This document shows positions 1 through 10,012 of a stretch of DNA of 64,000 bases, piece by piece. The translations under genes and the position numbers were made by a program. How positions within the stretch are numbered: position 1 is the first letter of the stretch; each line of letters begins with the position of its first letter. The stretch comes from Aeromicrobium sp. Its GTDB lineage: Bacteria > Actinomycetota > Actinomycetes > Propionibacteriales > Nocardioidaceae. The notes under the pieces were generated by a model, which had not been told where the DNA came from, did no database searches, and saw only the letters and a list, made by a program, of their open reading frames with translations. Where the stretch lies: positions 839 to 64,838 of the forward strand of contig NZ_JAKFEL010000110.1 in NCBI RefSeq assembly GCF_036675695.1, given 5' to 3'.

Positions 1-4
1 TGGC

Positions 5-556
5 GTGGGCGCTCTTGCGACCTCGAAGAGGCCCGCTGACCTGCAGATACGTCCGTTGATGGAGTACTACGCGACCCTCCGTCGTGAGGAATGGGACCTC
101 AGCGGTGAGCTTCGTATGCCGACCAGCGCGCTGCTGCCGATGGGCGGCGCTGTGTCAGGAGTGGCCGGACCCAACTGGATCCTGATCGGTGATGCCGCCG
201 GGTGCGTCAACCCGCTCAACGGCGAGGGCATCGACTACGGCATGGAGACCGGACGTGTGGGCGCCGAGCTCATGGCCGCTCAGATCGATCTCCAGGACGC
301 CTGGCCCGCGCTGCTCACGCACCATTACGGCGAGGCGTTCTCGATCGCCCGCCGTCTCGCCGGCCTGATCACCGTGCCGCGCCTCCTGCCGACCGCTGGC
401 CCGCTCGGCATGCGTTCGCACACGCTGATGACGTTCGCCCTGCGGGTGATGGGCAACTTCGTCACCGACGAAGACCACGACTTCACCGCACGCTTGTGGC
501 GCTGGGCCGGTCGCCAATCCGTACGCCTCGACGACCGACCACCTTTCACCTCATGA
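5..556 (+). CDS. Geranylgeranyl reductase family FAD oxidoreductase (MenJ-like), 5'-truncated by window edge
   Basis: LIGDAAGCVNPLNGEGIDYGMETG motif typical of the GG-reductase/FixC family; stop overlaps next start (ATGA at 553-556). Confidence 0.8.
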   Translation: MGALATSKRPADLQIRPLMEYYATLRREEWDLSGELRMPTSALLPMGGAVSGVAGPNWILIGDAAGCVNPLNGEGIDYGMETGRVGAELMAAQIDLQDAWPALLTHHYGEAFSIARRLAGLITVPRLLPTAGPLGMRSHTLMTFALRVMGNFVTDEDHDFTARLWRWAGRQSVRLDDRPPFTS

Positions 557-1128
557 CACGACCCCGGTATGACCTCGAGCTGCTGCTCGACGTCGCCATC
601 GAGGAGTTCACCAAGCGCGGCTACGACGGCACCAGCATCGAGCACCTCTCGGCCGCCACGGGCCTGTCCAAGTCATCGCTCTATCACCACGTCGAAGGCA
701 AGGAGCACATCCTGCGCCTCGGTCTCGAGCGTGCGGTCACTCCCCTGCTCAGCCTCCTCGACGAGCCGCAGGCACGCGAGGGCAAGGCGATCGACCGGCT
801 GACGTACGTGCTGCGTCGCCAGATCGCGATCCTCGCCGAACAACTTGCCGCGGTGACCTTGCTGCTGCGCGTACGCGGCAACACCGAGACCGAGCGCTGG
901 GCGCTCGAGCAACGACGTACGTTCGATGCCTTCGTGGCCGATCTCGTACGCGCTGGCGTGGCCGAAGGAGATCTCCGCGGAGATCTCGACCCCGCCGTTG
1001 TCGCCCGACTGCTCTCGGGCACGGTCAACTCGCTCACTGAGTGGTACCGCCCCGGTCACGGCTCCCTCAGCGCCGACGCTCTCGCCGACACGATGCTTTC
1101 GTCGAGCCTCGCCGGCCTCCGCGCGTAA
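553..1128 (+). CDS. TetR/AcrR family regulator (PaaR-like)
   Basis: N-terminal HTH AIEEFTKRGYDGTSIEHLSAATGLSKSSLYHHVEGKEHIL; lies directly upstream of the paa operon; ATG at 553. Confidence 0.85.
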   Translation: MTRPRYDLELLLDVAIEEFTKRGYDGTSIEHLSAATGLSKSSLYHHVEGKEHILRLGLERAVTPLLSLLDEPQAREGKAIDRLTYVLRRQIAILAEQLAAVTLLLRVRGNTETERWALEQRRTFDAFVADLVRAGVAEGDLRGDLDPAVVARLLSGTVNSLTEWYRPGHGSLSADALADTMLSSSLAGLRA

Positions 1129-1147
1129 GACACGCGAGTACTTCACC

Positions 1148-1289
1148 TCACGAGGTTTCGATACGTCGGCCGCGGGCGGCCTCCTACTCAACCACCGAAG
1201 TGGCGACGTTTCTCGGTGGTTGAGTAGCCTTGGGGGTCCCCCCAGCGAGCGCGGCGAGCGAGGGGGCGGGACGAGAGCGTATCGAAACC
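1148..1289. repeat. REP-like inverted doublet R1 (A unit reverse + long B unit forward)
   Basis: GGTTTCGATACG 1154-1165, CTACTCAACCACC 1184-1196, spacer, GGTGGTTGAGTAG 1215-1227, CGTATCGAAACC 1278-1289. Confidence 0.9.
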
Positions 1290-1344
1290 TGGTGAGCCGA
1301 CGAGCTTGCTGTACTTGATCTGGCCCTCCATCGGGGCGATGATG

Positions 1345-1368
1345 GAAACCGAACGATCATTCGGTTTC
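1345..1368. promoter_or_regulatory. Palindromic operator upstream of paaA, probable TetR/PaaR site
   Basis: GAAACCGAA-CGATCA-TTCGGTTTC, perfect 9-bp arms, 13 nt before the paaA start. Confidence 0.7.
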
Positions 1369-1381
1369 TGGAGGCGGTTCC

Positions 1382-2323
1382 GTGCAGGACACAGCAGAGC
1401 TCGGCGATCCTGAGTTCCTCGCACTGCTCGACCACGAAGGCCGCATCGAGCCGCGTGACGCGATGCCCGACGCGTACCGCAAGACCCTGATCCGCCAGAT
1501 CGCCCAGCACGCGCACTCGGAGATCATCGGCATGCAGCCGGAGGGCAACTGGATCACCCGCGCCCCGAGCCTGCACCGCAAGGCGATCCTGCTCGCCAAG
1601 GTGCAGGACGAAGCCGGTCACGGCCTCTACCTCTACGCCGCAGCCGAGACCCTCGGCATCGACCGTTCCGAGCTCCTCGATGCTCTGCACGAGGGCCGCC
1701 AGAAGTATTCCTCGATCTTCAACTACCCCACCAAGAGCTGGGCTGACATCGGAGCGATCGGTTGGCTGGTCGATGGTGCCGCGATCGTCAACCAGGTGCC
1801 GCTGTGCCGCTGCTCGTACGGGCCGTATGCGCGCGCGATGATCCGGATCTGCAAGGAGGAGTCGTTCCACCAGCGCCAGGGCTTCGATCTGCTCCTCACG
1901 CTCAGCAACGGCACTCCCGCACAGCACGCGATGGCGCAGGACGCCGTCGATCGCTGGTGGTGGCCGAGCCTGATGATGTTCGGCCCGCCCGACGCCGAGT
2001 CGCCCAACTCCGCGCGCTCCACTCGCTGGGGCATCAAGCGGTTCAGCAACGACGAGCTGCGTCAGCGGTTCGTCGACATCGCTGTGCCGCAGGCCGAGGC
2101 GCTCGGACTCACACTTCCCGACCCTGACCTGCGCTGGAACGCCGTGACCGAGCACTGGGGCTTCGGCGAGATCGACTTCTCCGAGCTGTACGACGTCATC
2201 GCCGGCAAGGGCTACTGCAACGACGAGCGCATGGAGCGCCGCACCACAGCGCACAACGACGGCGAATGGGTACGCGAGGCCGCCATGGCGTACGCCGCCA
2301 AGAAGGCCGAGGCAGCAGCATGA
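1382..2323 (+). CDS. paaA: Phenylacetyl-CoA epoxidase catalytic subunit A
   Basis: [52 protein letters not shown] di-iron motifs. Confidence 0.95.
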   Translation: MQDTAELGDPEFLALLDHEGRIEPRDAMPDAYRKTLIRQIAQHAHSEIIGMQPEGNWITRAPSLHRKAILLAKVQDEAGHGLYLYAAAETLGIDRSELLDALHEGRQKYSSIFNYPTKSWADIGAIGWLVDGAAIVNQVPLCRCSYGPYARAMIRICKEESFHQRQGFDLLLTLSNGTPAQHAMAQDAVDRWWWPSLMMFGPPDAESPNSARSTRWGIKRFSNDELRQRFVDIAVPQAEALGLTLPDPDLRWNAVTEHWGFGEIDFSELYDVIAGKGYCNDERMERRTTAHNDGEWVREAAMAYAAKKAEAAA

Positions 2324-2601
2324 CCGCCTTGCCCCTCTGGGAAGTCTTCGTACGCCCCAAGCGCGGCGTCTCGCACGTACACGCCGGCAGCCTGCACGCG
2401 TCTGACGCCGAGAGCGCTCTGCGCAATGCTCGCGACGTCTACACCCGCCGCGGCGAAGGCGTGTCGATCTGGGTCGTTCCTGCCTCCGAGGTCACCGCCA
2501 GCAGCCCGGACGAGAAGGAAGCTTGGTTCGACCCCGCTGCCGACAAGATCTATCGCCACCCCACGTTCTATGACGTGCCCGATGGGGTTGAGCACCTGTG
2601 A
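2320..2601 (+). CDS. paaB: Phenylacetyl-CoA epoxidase subunit B
   Basis: [38 protein letters not shown]; ATGA overlap with paaA. Confidence 0.95.
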   Translation: MTALPLWEVFVRPKRGVSHVHAGSLHASDAESALRNARDVYTRRGEGVSIWVVPASEVTASSPDEKEAWFDPAADKIYRHPTFYDVPDGVEHL

Positions 2602-3254
2602 ACCTCACCCTCGAGCTCGCCGATGATGCGTTGATCCTGTCGCACCGCTGCAGCGAGTGGCTGACTCGTTCGCCCGAGATCGAACTCGACATCGCCTTCG
2701 GCAACATCGGTCTGGACCTGCTTGGTCAGGCTCGCAGCCTGTACGCGCTGGTTGGCGACGAGGACCGGCTTGCCTATCACCGCGATGCTCCCGAGTGGCG
2801 CAACTGCACACTCGTCGAGCTCCCCAACGGCGACTTCGCGTTCTCGATGATGCGACTGCTGGCCTTCGCGTCGTACGAGTGCGCGTTGTTCCGTACCGAT
2901 CCTGACACCGACGAGCTGCGGGCGATCTTCGCCAAGGCGGCCAAGGAGGCGGCCTACCACCTCGAGCACGCCGAGGCCTGGGTCCTTCGACTCGGCGATG
3001 GCACCGACGTCTCGCACGGTCGTATGCAGGATGCCGCAGACGCCGTGTGGCCGTTGCTGACCGAGCTCTGCTCGTCGGCGCCCGAGGTCGAAGCCGCCGT
3101 ACGCACGCAGCTCGCTGCGATCCTGACCGCTGCAACACTCACCGTGCCAACCGCGGCTGCCCCCACGCAGCGTGGCGAACACACCCCGCACCTGGCGGAG
3201 CTGCTCGGCGAGATGCAGTCGCTGGCCCGCGAGCATGAGGGCGCCACATGGTGA
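2598..3254 (+). CDS. paaC: Phenylacetyl-CoA epoxidase subunit C
   Basis: LADDALILSHRCSEW..PEIELDIAFGNIGLDLLGQAR; KEAAYH. Confidence 0.92.
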   Translation: MNLTLELADDALILSHRCSEWLTRSPEIELDIAFGNIGLDLLGQARSLYALVGDEDRLAYHRDAPEWRNCTLVELPNGDFAFSMMRLLAFASYECALFRTDPDTDELRAIFAKAAKEAAYHLEHAEAWVLRLGDGTDVSHGRMQDAADAVWPLLTELCSSAPEVEAAVRTQLAAILTAATLTVPTAAAPTQRGEHTPHLAELLGEMQSLAREHEGATW

Positions 3255-3712
3255 CCCTCGCCGACGCACGCACGCGGATCGAAGCCGTCGTCGATCCCGA
3301 GCTGCCGTTCGTGACCATCGCCGAGCTCGGAATCCTGCGCGACATCGCAGTCGACGGCGATCACGTCAACGTCACGATCACGCCGACCTACTCCGGCTGC
3401 CCGGCGATGTCGGCGATCGAAGAAGACATCCGCGCTGCGATGGACGGCATCGACGTCAGCGTCGAGACAGTCCTGTCCCCCGCCTGGACCACCGATTGGA
3501 TGACAACGGCGGGCAAGACCAAGCTCCACGCCGCCGGCATCGCCCCGCCCACGCATCACGCTGGCGCGATCCCGCTGACCCTGTCCGTGCGTTGCCCGCA
3601 GTGCGGATCGACGCGTACGAGCGAGATCTCGCGCTTTGGGTCCACCAGCTGCAAGGCGCTGTGGCGCTGCGACGACTGCCTCGAACCGTTCGACTCGTTC
3701 AAGGTGCTCTGA
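3251..3712 (+). CDS. paaD: Phenylacetyl-CoA epoxidase subunit D (older name PaaJ)
   Basis: DPELPFVTIAELGILR, TPTYSGCPAM, C-terminal CPQC...CKALWRCDDCLEPFDSFK. Confidence 0.92.
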   Translation: MTLADARTRIEAVVDPELPFVTIAELGILRDIAVDGDHVNVTITPTYSGCPAMSAIEEDIRAAMDGIDVSVETVLSPAWTTDWMTTAGKTKLHAAGIAPPTHHAGAIPLTLSVRCPQCGSTRTSEISRFGSTSCKALWRCDDCLEPFDSFKVL

Positions 3713-4752
3713 TGTTCCACGCCCTGCGCGTCGCCGCGATCGACGACCTCACCTCGGACTCTGTCGCCATCACCCTCGACGTTCCGGACGACCTCCAGGA
3801 CGAGTTCGCCTTCGAGCCCGGGCAGCACGTGATCATCGGGCTCGATGCCAAAGAGAATGTGGCTAGCGAGCGACGTACGTACTCGCTCTGCACCGCTCCC
3901 GGCTCCGGCCGCTGGCAGATCGGCGTCAAACGCCTACCCGGCGGCGCCTTCTCCGAGACCCGCCTGGCCACCCTGCAACCGGGCGACACGATCGACGTCA
4001 TGGCGCCGATCGGCTCGTTCGGCCCTCGCGCGCACGCCGAACATCTCGGACTCATCGCCGCCGGCAGCGGCGTCACCCCGATCCTGTCGATCGCGCGAGC
4101 GGCGCTTGCAGCCGACAGTGCTGTCACGCTTTTGTACGCGAGCCGCAACGAGCAGACGGTGATGTTCCTCGATGACCTCGCCGACCTCAAGGACAGCCAC
4201 CCCGACCGCTTCCACCTGATCCACGTGTTCAGTCGTCAGCAGACCGAGTCGGAACTGCTCTCAGGCCGGCTCGATGGCGACCGCCTCAAACGGATCCTCG
4301 GCCCGCTGGTCGACCCGGAAACCATCGATGACTGGTACCTCTGCGGTCCGTTCGACATGGTCACCGAGCTCTCATCGACGCTCGAGGCTGCCGGAGCGAG
4401 CAGCGTGCACCGCGAGCTGTTTCACGTCGACGACGCTCCCCCACCTCCGCGCCCGGCGGAAGCGTTCGTCGATGGCGGGCCCGCCGTCACGGCAACACTC
4501 GATGGCCGCACCAGCACCTACACGCTGACGCCGGAGGACGACTCGGTCCTGGCCGGGCTGTTGCGCGTACGGCCTGAGGCGCCCTTTGCCTGCCGCGGCG
4601 GCGTCTGCGGCACCTGCCGGGCCAAGGTTCTGGACGGAGCCGTCGAGATGCGACACAACTACGCGCTGGAGCCCGACGAGCTCGAAGCTGGCTATGTGCT
4701 CACTTGCCAGAGCTGGCCAACTACGCCAGACGTGACACTGTCGTACGAATAG
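3712..4752 (+). CDS. paaE: Phenylacetyl-CoA epoxidase reductase subunit E (FAD/NAD + 2Fe-2S)
   Basis: RTYSLC, AAGSGVTP, YLCGP, C-terminal ACRGGVCGTC...LTCQ ferredoxin motif; starts at ATG 3712. Confidence 0.92.
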   Translation: MFHALRVAAIDDLTSDSVAITLDVPDDLQDEFAFEPGQHVIIGLDAKENVASERRTYSLCTAPGSGRWQIGVKRLPGGAFSETRLATLQPGDTIDVMAPIGSFGPRAHAEHLGLIAAGSGVTPILSIARAALAADSAVTLLYASRNEQTVMFLDDLADLKDSHPDRFHLIHVFSRQQTESELLSGRLDGDRLKRILGPLVDPETIDDWYLCGPFDMVTELSSTLEAAGASSVHRELFHVDDAPPPPRPAEAFVDGGPAVTATLDGRTSTYTLTPEDDSVLAGLLRVRPEAPFACRGGVCGTCRAKVLDGAVEMRHNYALEPDELEAGYVLTCQSWPTTPDVTLSYE

Positions 4753-4761
4753 CCGCGCATG

Positions 4762-4791
4762 CGGAAGGCCCGGCCGAAGCCGGGCCTTCCG
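4762..4791. terminator. Hairpin between convergent paaE and membrane-protein gene
   Basis: CGGAAGGCCCGGC-CGAA-GCCGGGCCTTCCG, 13-bp perfect stem. Confidence 0.75.
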
Positions 4792-4805
4792 TCAATGCTG
4801 AGTGG

Positions 4806-5279
4806 TCACGCCGCAGGCGGAGTGTCCTTCTTGTTGAGGTCAGGCATCTTCTCGCCCGAAGCCTTGAACAGAGCGACGGATGCCACTGAAAGGACGACCG
4901 CCGAAATTACTGTGACAAATCCGGACCAACCGGGGTCAAGGTCGACACCAAACTTCGACGCCGTAAACAAACGAAGTACTAACAGCAGAGTTCCAAGGAC
5001 GGCCGCCGCCGCTCCTACGAGGTTCCATGGCACCCCATCGGGCAGAGTCGCCGGCGCCAGCAACCTTACGACTACGACAGCGATGGCCACCACGATCAAC
5101 AGCATTGCCAGAAAGCCGATCCCGCCCCACGCACTCTCGCCGTACACTGTGTCGCCCGAAAAACCAGGGACTCCTTCGACTGACAGAGATACAAACCGAC
5201 TGATGAACGAGAAGACCAGTGTGACTCCACCAGAAATCAGCGCCGCCTGTTCAAATTTGCCCAAAGACTTGAAGTCCAT
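4806..5279 (-). CDS. Hypothetical 4-TM membrane protein
   Basis: ORF from MDFKSLGKFEQ with four hydrophobic segments. Confidence 0.7.
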   Translation of the reverse strand: MDFKSLGKFEQAALISGGVTLVFSFISRFVSLSVEGVPGFSGDTVYGESAWGGIGFLAMLLIVVAIAVVVVRLLAPATLPDGVPWNLVGAAAAVLGTLLLVLRLFTASKFGVDLDPGWSGFVTVISAVVLSVASVALFKASGEKMPDLNKKDTPPAA

Positions 5280-5426
5280 GTGAATCCTTCTCCCAACGAT
5301 GAAGTTCTGACACTTCGAATCTAGTCCTCCAAAGCGGCTGCGGACAGTCATTTCATGCGGTATTTACGTGGCGCGTCGCTGATACCGCATGTTGATACGT
5401 GCACGGAGTAGGACAGAATCTCGGGC

Positions 5427-7079
5427 ATGGACGCAGATGTGATCGTTGTCGGGGCCGGCCTTGCCGGATTGGTTGCCACCGCGGAGCTCGTCGAAGCCGG
5501 TCGCAAGGTGATTCTGGTCGACCAGGAAGGCGAGCAGGGCATCGGCGGACAGGCATTTTGGTCGTTCGGTGGGCTGTTCTTCGTCGACTCCCCACAGCAG
5601 CGCCGTATGGGCATCAAGGACTCCGTCGAGCTCGCCATGCAGGACTGGATGGGCAGCGCCCAGTTCGACCGCGACGAGGACAAATGGCCCCGCCAGTGGG
5701 CCGAGGCGTACGTCAACTTCGCTGCCGGCGAAAAGCGTTCCTGGCTCAAGGAGCGCGGCCACAGCGTGTTTCCCGTTGTCGGCTGGGCCGAGCGCGGCGG
5801 CGGTCTCGCCGGTGGGCACGGCAACTCCGTCCCCCGCTTCCACATCACCTGGGGCACCGGCCCCGGCATCGTCGAGCCGTTCGAGAAGATCGTGCGTGAG
5901 GGCCACGCAAAGGGACTTGTCCAGTTCGCGTTCCGCCACCAGGTCGACGAGCTGATCGTCAGCGGCGGAGCCGTCACAGGAGTTCGGGGTCAGGTGCTCG
6001 AGCCGGACGATGCTGAGCGCGCAGCGCCGACATCCCGAACGTCAATCGGCGAGTTCACGATGACCGCCCAGGCCGTGATCGTCACGTCCGGCGGTATCGG
6101 CGGCAACCACGAGCTCGTACGCAAGAACTGGCCCGACCGACTCGGCACCCCGCCGATGCACATGATCTCCGGCGTACCCGCGCACGTCGACGGCCGCATG
6201 CTCGGCATCGCCGAGAAGGCCGGCGCGAGCCACATCAACCGCGACCGTATGTGGCACTACGTCGAAGGCATCAAGAACTGGGACCCGATCTGGCCCATGC
6301 ACGGCATTCGCATCCTGCCCGGGCCGTCGTCCATCTGGCTCGACGGCGCTGGCCAGCGCCTACCGATCCCCGGTCTGCCCGGCTTCGACACCCTTGGCAC
6401 CCTAAAGCTGCTGCGCCAGAGTGGTCACGACCACTCGTGGTTCGTGCTCAGCCAGGCGATCATCGAGAAGGAGTTCGCCCTGTCCGGTCAGGAGCAGAAC
6501 CCCGACCTGACTGGCAAGAGCGTCAAGACGCTGCTCAAGGAGCGGCTCTCCAAGGGCGCGACGAGCCCCGTCGAGGCGTTCAAGGAGAAGGGCGAGGACT
6601 TCATCGTCGCCGACACGATCGAAGAGCTCGTCGCTGGCATGAACACGTTGACGCCCGACTCCCCCGTCGACGTCGACGACGTACGCCGCCAGGTCACCGA
6701 ACGTGACCGCGAGCTCGACAACGACTTCACGAAGGACCTGCAGATCGCCGCAATGCGTCAGGCCCGGGCCTACCGCGGCGACAAGCTGATCCGGGTCGCG
6801 ACCCCGCACAAGATCCTCGATCCCAAGAAGGGGCCGCTGATCGCCGTACGCCTGCACGTACTCACTCGCAAGTCGCTCGGCGGACTCGAGACCAACCTCG
6901 ACTCTGCCGTGATCGGCACGGATGGCTCACCTGTCGACGGCCTGTACGCCGCAGGCGAAGTTGCCGGCTTCGGTGGGGGTGGTGTGCACGGCTACAACTC
7001 GCTGGAGGGCACGTTCCTCGGCGGTTGTATCTTCAGCGGCCGCGCAGCAGGTCGAGCCGCCGCCAAGCAAACCGCCTAG
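5427..7079 (+). CDS. FAD-binding dehydrogenase (KsdD/fumarate reductase flavoprotein-like)
   Basis: VIVVGAGLAGLVA Rossmann start, LTRKSLGGLETN, GLYAAGEVAGFGGGG..GYNSLEGTFLGGC. Confidence 0.85.
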   Translation: MDADVIVVGAGLAGLVATAELVEAGRKVILVDQEGEQGIGGQAFWSFGGLFFVDSPQQRRMGIKDSVELAMQDWMGSAQFDRDEDKWPRQWAEAYVNFAAGEKRSWLKERGHSVFPVVGWAERGGGLAGGHGNSVPRFHITWGTGPGIVEPFEKIVREGHAKGLVQFAFRHQVDELIVSGGAVTGVRGQVLEPDDAERAAPTSRTSIGEFTMTAQAVIVTSGGIGGNHELVRKNWPDRLGTPPMHMISGVPAHVDGRMLGIAEKAGASHINRDRMWHYVEGIKNWDPIWPMHGIRILPGPSSIWLDGAGQRLPIPGLPGFDTLGTLKLLRQSGHDHSWFVLSQAIIEKEFALSGQEQNPDLTGKSVKTLLKERLSKGATSPVEAFKEKGEDFIVADTIEELVAGMNTLTPDSPVDVDDVRRQVTERDRELDNDFTKDLQIAAMRQARAYRGDKLIRVATPHKILDPKKGPLIAVRLHVLTRKSLGGLETNLDSAVIGTDGSPVDGLYAAGEVAGFGGGGVHGYNSLEGTFLGGCIFSGRAAGRAAAKQTA

Positions 7080-9505
7080 GAAATCGCGGCGGTGAACTGC
7101 TCGGCGGGCACGGCACGGCTGTAGCGGAAGCCCTGCGCCTGGTCGCACCCTTTGGCGCGCAGGTAGATCTCCTGCTCCGCGGTCTCGACACCCTCAGCCA
7201 CCACGGTCATGCCGAGTGTGTGCGCCATGACGATGATCGTGTCGACAATCGCTGCGTCGGCCGAGTTGTCCACCAGATCAGCGATGAACGAGCGGTCGAT
7301 CTTGATCTTGTCGATCGGAAATCGGGTCAGATAGGCGAGGCTCGAGAAGCCCGTACCGAAGTCATCGATGGCGATCGCGACCCCAAGCGCGCGGACAGTG
7401 TTCAACACTTCGACCACCGTGCGCGGATCCTCCATGAAGATGCCCTCGGTGATCTCCAGCTCAAGCTGGTTGCCCGACAGGCCCGACTCCCACAGTGCCC
7501 GTTCGAGCACCGCGAGCCATTCCTTGTCCCTGAGCTGACGCGGCGACACATTGACGGCCAGCCGCATCGGACGGCCGAGTGACTTGGAGATCCGCATGGT
7601 GTCTGCGCACGCCGTACGCAGGATGTGCTCGCCCAGGCGAATGATCAGTCCGTTGTCCTCGGCGACGGGAATGAAGCGATCCGGCGGGATGTCCATACCG
7701 TCGGCGTCCTCCCATCGGGCCAACGCCTCCAGTCCCACGACCTCACCGGTCGCGAGGTGTATTTCGGGCTGATATGCCACGGTGATCTCACCGCGATCCA
7801 GAGCGTGGCGAAGAGAGGCCGCGAGCACGAGCTTGTCATTGGTCTCGTCGAGCATGGAGTCGTGGAACCACTGGAATGAGTTACGGGCCGCCGTCTTCGC
7901 GTGATACATCGCGGTGTCCGCGTGCTTGAGCAACGTTGTGGAGTCCGCACCATTCTGAGGGAACAGCGAGCCACCCAGGCTCCCGGTGACGATGAGCTCA
8001 TGGCCGTTGCAAATCAGCGGTTCGGGGATCAGCTCAAGCAAGGCTGTGATCCGTTCTGACAGCTCGTCTGCTGAATGCACATCGGTGAAGACGAGCACGA
8101 ACTCATCGCCTCCGAATCGGGACACGAGGTCGCTTGCTCTGACCTCGCTGCGCAAGCGAGCCGCCATTTGCAACAGGAGCTCGTCGCCGATGTGGTGTCC
8201 CAGGGAATCGTTGACCCGCTTGAAGTGGTCCAAATCGAGCATGATGACGGCAAGGCCGGTGTTCAGGCGTGCCGCACGTTCGAGCTCGGCGTCGAGCCGA
8301 GTGAACAGCATCGTGCGGTTGGGCAGATCGGTCAGGAAGTCGTAGTGCGCCATGTGCCGAATGAACGCCTCGGCTTCCCTGCGCTGCGTGATGTCATACG
8401 CGACTGCGAGGTATCCCGTGACTTGCTCGACTTCGTCGACAATCAGCGAGATCGCCTCATTGACGGGTACGTCGACCCCGTCCTTGCGGTGGTACTCGAC
8501 CTCGCGCTCGTCAACTCCGTCGGTATGAGCTGCACGCGAGAGCATCTGATCCAGCCGGCCATCGCGAATGTTGTCGATGCGCGAGCCAACAAGCTCGTTG
8601 CGTTCTGCGCGAAGCAGGCGTTCGGCTGCCGGGTTGGCCGTGACGATGACGCCGTCAGGGTCGGTCGCAATGATGCTGAACGGCAGGCTGTCGAGAATCG
8701 ACCGCCGCAGGCGATCAGCACGTTCGGCACTCTCGGTGGCTTGTACGACGAGCCGCTCGGTGATGTCGATGACCGAGGCCAGGACGTGTTGTTCATCCAG
8801 CACCTGGATGGGGTTGAGGCCGATCTCGACAGGGATCTCGCTGCCGTCCTTGCGTCGGCCGAACAACTCACGACCGGCACCCATCTCTCGCCGGTCCGGT
8901 TGCCGGAAGTAACCCATGCGATAGCCATCGTGCTTGGCCTTGAAGCGAGTGGGGATGAGGTCTTCGATGTTCATGCTGAGCAACTCGTCGCGTGAGTAGC
9001 CGAACGATCTCTCGGTCTGCGTGTTGACCAGCACGATGTGTCCGAGAGAGTTGACCATGATCATGGCGTTGGGGGCTGCCTCGACGACGTGCAACAGGCG
9101 CTCTTCTGCGCGCTTGCGCTCGGTGATGTCGATGATCGACGCCAGCACCTGCGGCCGGCCGTCAATGATCACCGGATTGAGCCCGATCTCGATCGGGAAC
9201 TCTCGCCCATGCCTGTGCAGGCCGAAGAGGTCACGCCCCGCGCCCATCGCGCGCGTGTCGGGGTGCTCAAAGAACCCTTCACGAAATCCCTTGTGCCGCG
9301 GACGGAACCGCTCAGGGATCAGCCGATCGACGGTCATGGAGAGCAGTTCTTCGCGGCTGTAGCCAAACTGTTGCTCGGTCTGCGTGTTGACGAGCGTGAT
9401 CCGGCCCAACTCGTTGACCATGACCATCGCATTGGGCGTTGCCTCAATGATCTGTCGCAGCACACGACTTTCGTCGTCGCCGCCCGGCAAATGCGTTTCT
9501 CCCAT
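7076..9505 (-). CDS. PAS-PAS-PAS-GGDEF-EAL diguanylate cyclase/phosphodiesterase
   Basis: Repeated PAS units (RKDG..P), HYDFLTDLPNR, RFGGDEF, GLEALARW, IDDFGTGFSSL. Confidence 0.93.
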   Translation of the reverse strand: MGETHLPGGDDESRVLRQIIEATPNAMVMVNELGRITLVNTQTEQQFGYSREELLSMTVDRLIPERFRPRHKGFREGFFEHPDTRAMGAGRDLFGLHRHGREFPIEIGLNPVIIDGRPQVLASIIDITERKRAEERLLHVVEAAPNAMIMVNSLGHIVLVNTQTERSFGYSRDELLSMNIEDLIPTRFKAKHDGYRMGYFRQPDRREMGAGRELFGRRKDGSEIPVEIGLNPIQVLDEQHVLASVIDITERLVVQATESAERADRLRRSILDSLPFSIIATDPDGVIVTANPAAERLLRAERNELVGSRIDNIRDGRLDQMLSRAAHTDGVDEREVEYHRKDGVDVPVNEAISLIVDEVEQVTGYLAVAYDITQRREAEAFIRHMAHYDFLTDLPNRTMLFTRLDAELERAARLNTGLAVIMLDLDHFKRVNDSLGHHIGDELLLQMAARLRSEVRASDLVSRFGGDEFVLVFTDVHSADELSERITALLELIPEPLICNGHELIVTGSLGGSLFPQNGADSTTLLKHADTAMYHAKTAARNSFQWFHDSMLDETNDKLVLAASLRHALDRGEITVAYQPEIHLATGEVVGLEALARWEDADGMDIPPDRFIPVAEDNGLIIRLGEHILRTACADTMRISKSLGRPMRLAVNVSPRQLRDKEWLAVLERALWESGLSGNQLELEITEGIFMEDPRTVVEVLNTVRALGVAIAIDDFGTGFSSLAYLTRFPIDKIKIDRSFIADLVDNSADAAIVDTIIVMAHTLGMTVVAEGVETAEQEIYLRAKGCDQAQGFRYSRAVPAEQFTAAIS

Positions 9506-9578
9506 GCAAACCCTCCCTCGGGCCGAACATAACGTCTTGCAGGGCCATTCGCGGCCGATCAGCCGCTAGATTCAGGCC

Positions 9579-9971
9579 ATGACCGCTCTAGCATTAGTCG
9601 CCGCCAGCATCGCTGCTCTGCTGCATCTCCTGTTCTTCAAGCTGGAGTCGATCGACTGGAAGAAACCAAAGACGTGGAAGACATTCGGCCTCGAGTCTCA
9701 GGCTGACGCCGACACCACGGCTTCGCTCGCGTACAACCAGGGCTTTTACAACCTGTTCCTGGCAATCGGTGCGGCGACGGGCGTCAAGCTCATCGCGTTC
9801 TCCGACAGCTATGACACCGTCGCCTGGACGCTCATCGTGTTCGCGTGCGGCAGCATGTTCGCCGCCTCCCTGGTGCTGCTGTCGACCGGCAAGTCGTATG
9901 CCCGCGCCGCCGCAATCCAGGGCGTACCAGCACTCGTTGCGGTCGTCGCAGCCCTCGTTGCTGCGAACTAG
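9579..9971 (+). CDS. DUF1304-like membrane protein
   Basis: LHLLFFKLES...AYNQGFYNLFLA...AAAIQG pattern, hydrophobic helices. Confidence 0.75.
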   Translation: MTALALVAASIAALLHLLFFKLESIDWKKPKTWKTFGLESQADADTTASLAYNQGFYNLFLAIGAATGVKLIAFSDSYDTVAWTLIVFACGSMFAASLVLLSTGKSYARAAAIQGVPALVAVVAALVAAN

Positions 9972-10012
9972 GCGCTGCTACGGCTGTCAGAGACCCTGCA
10001 TAGGGTTGACCC

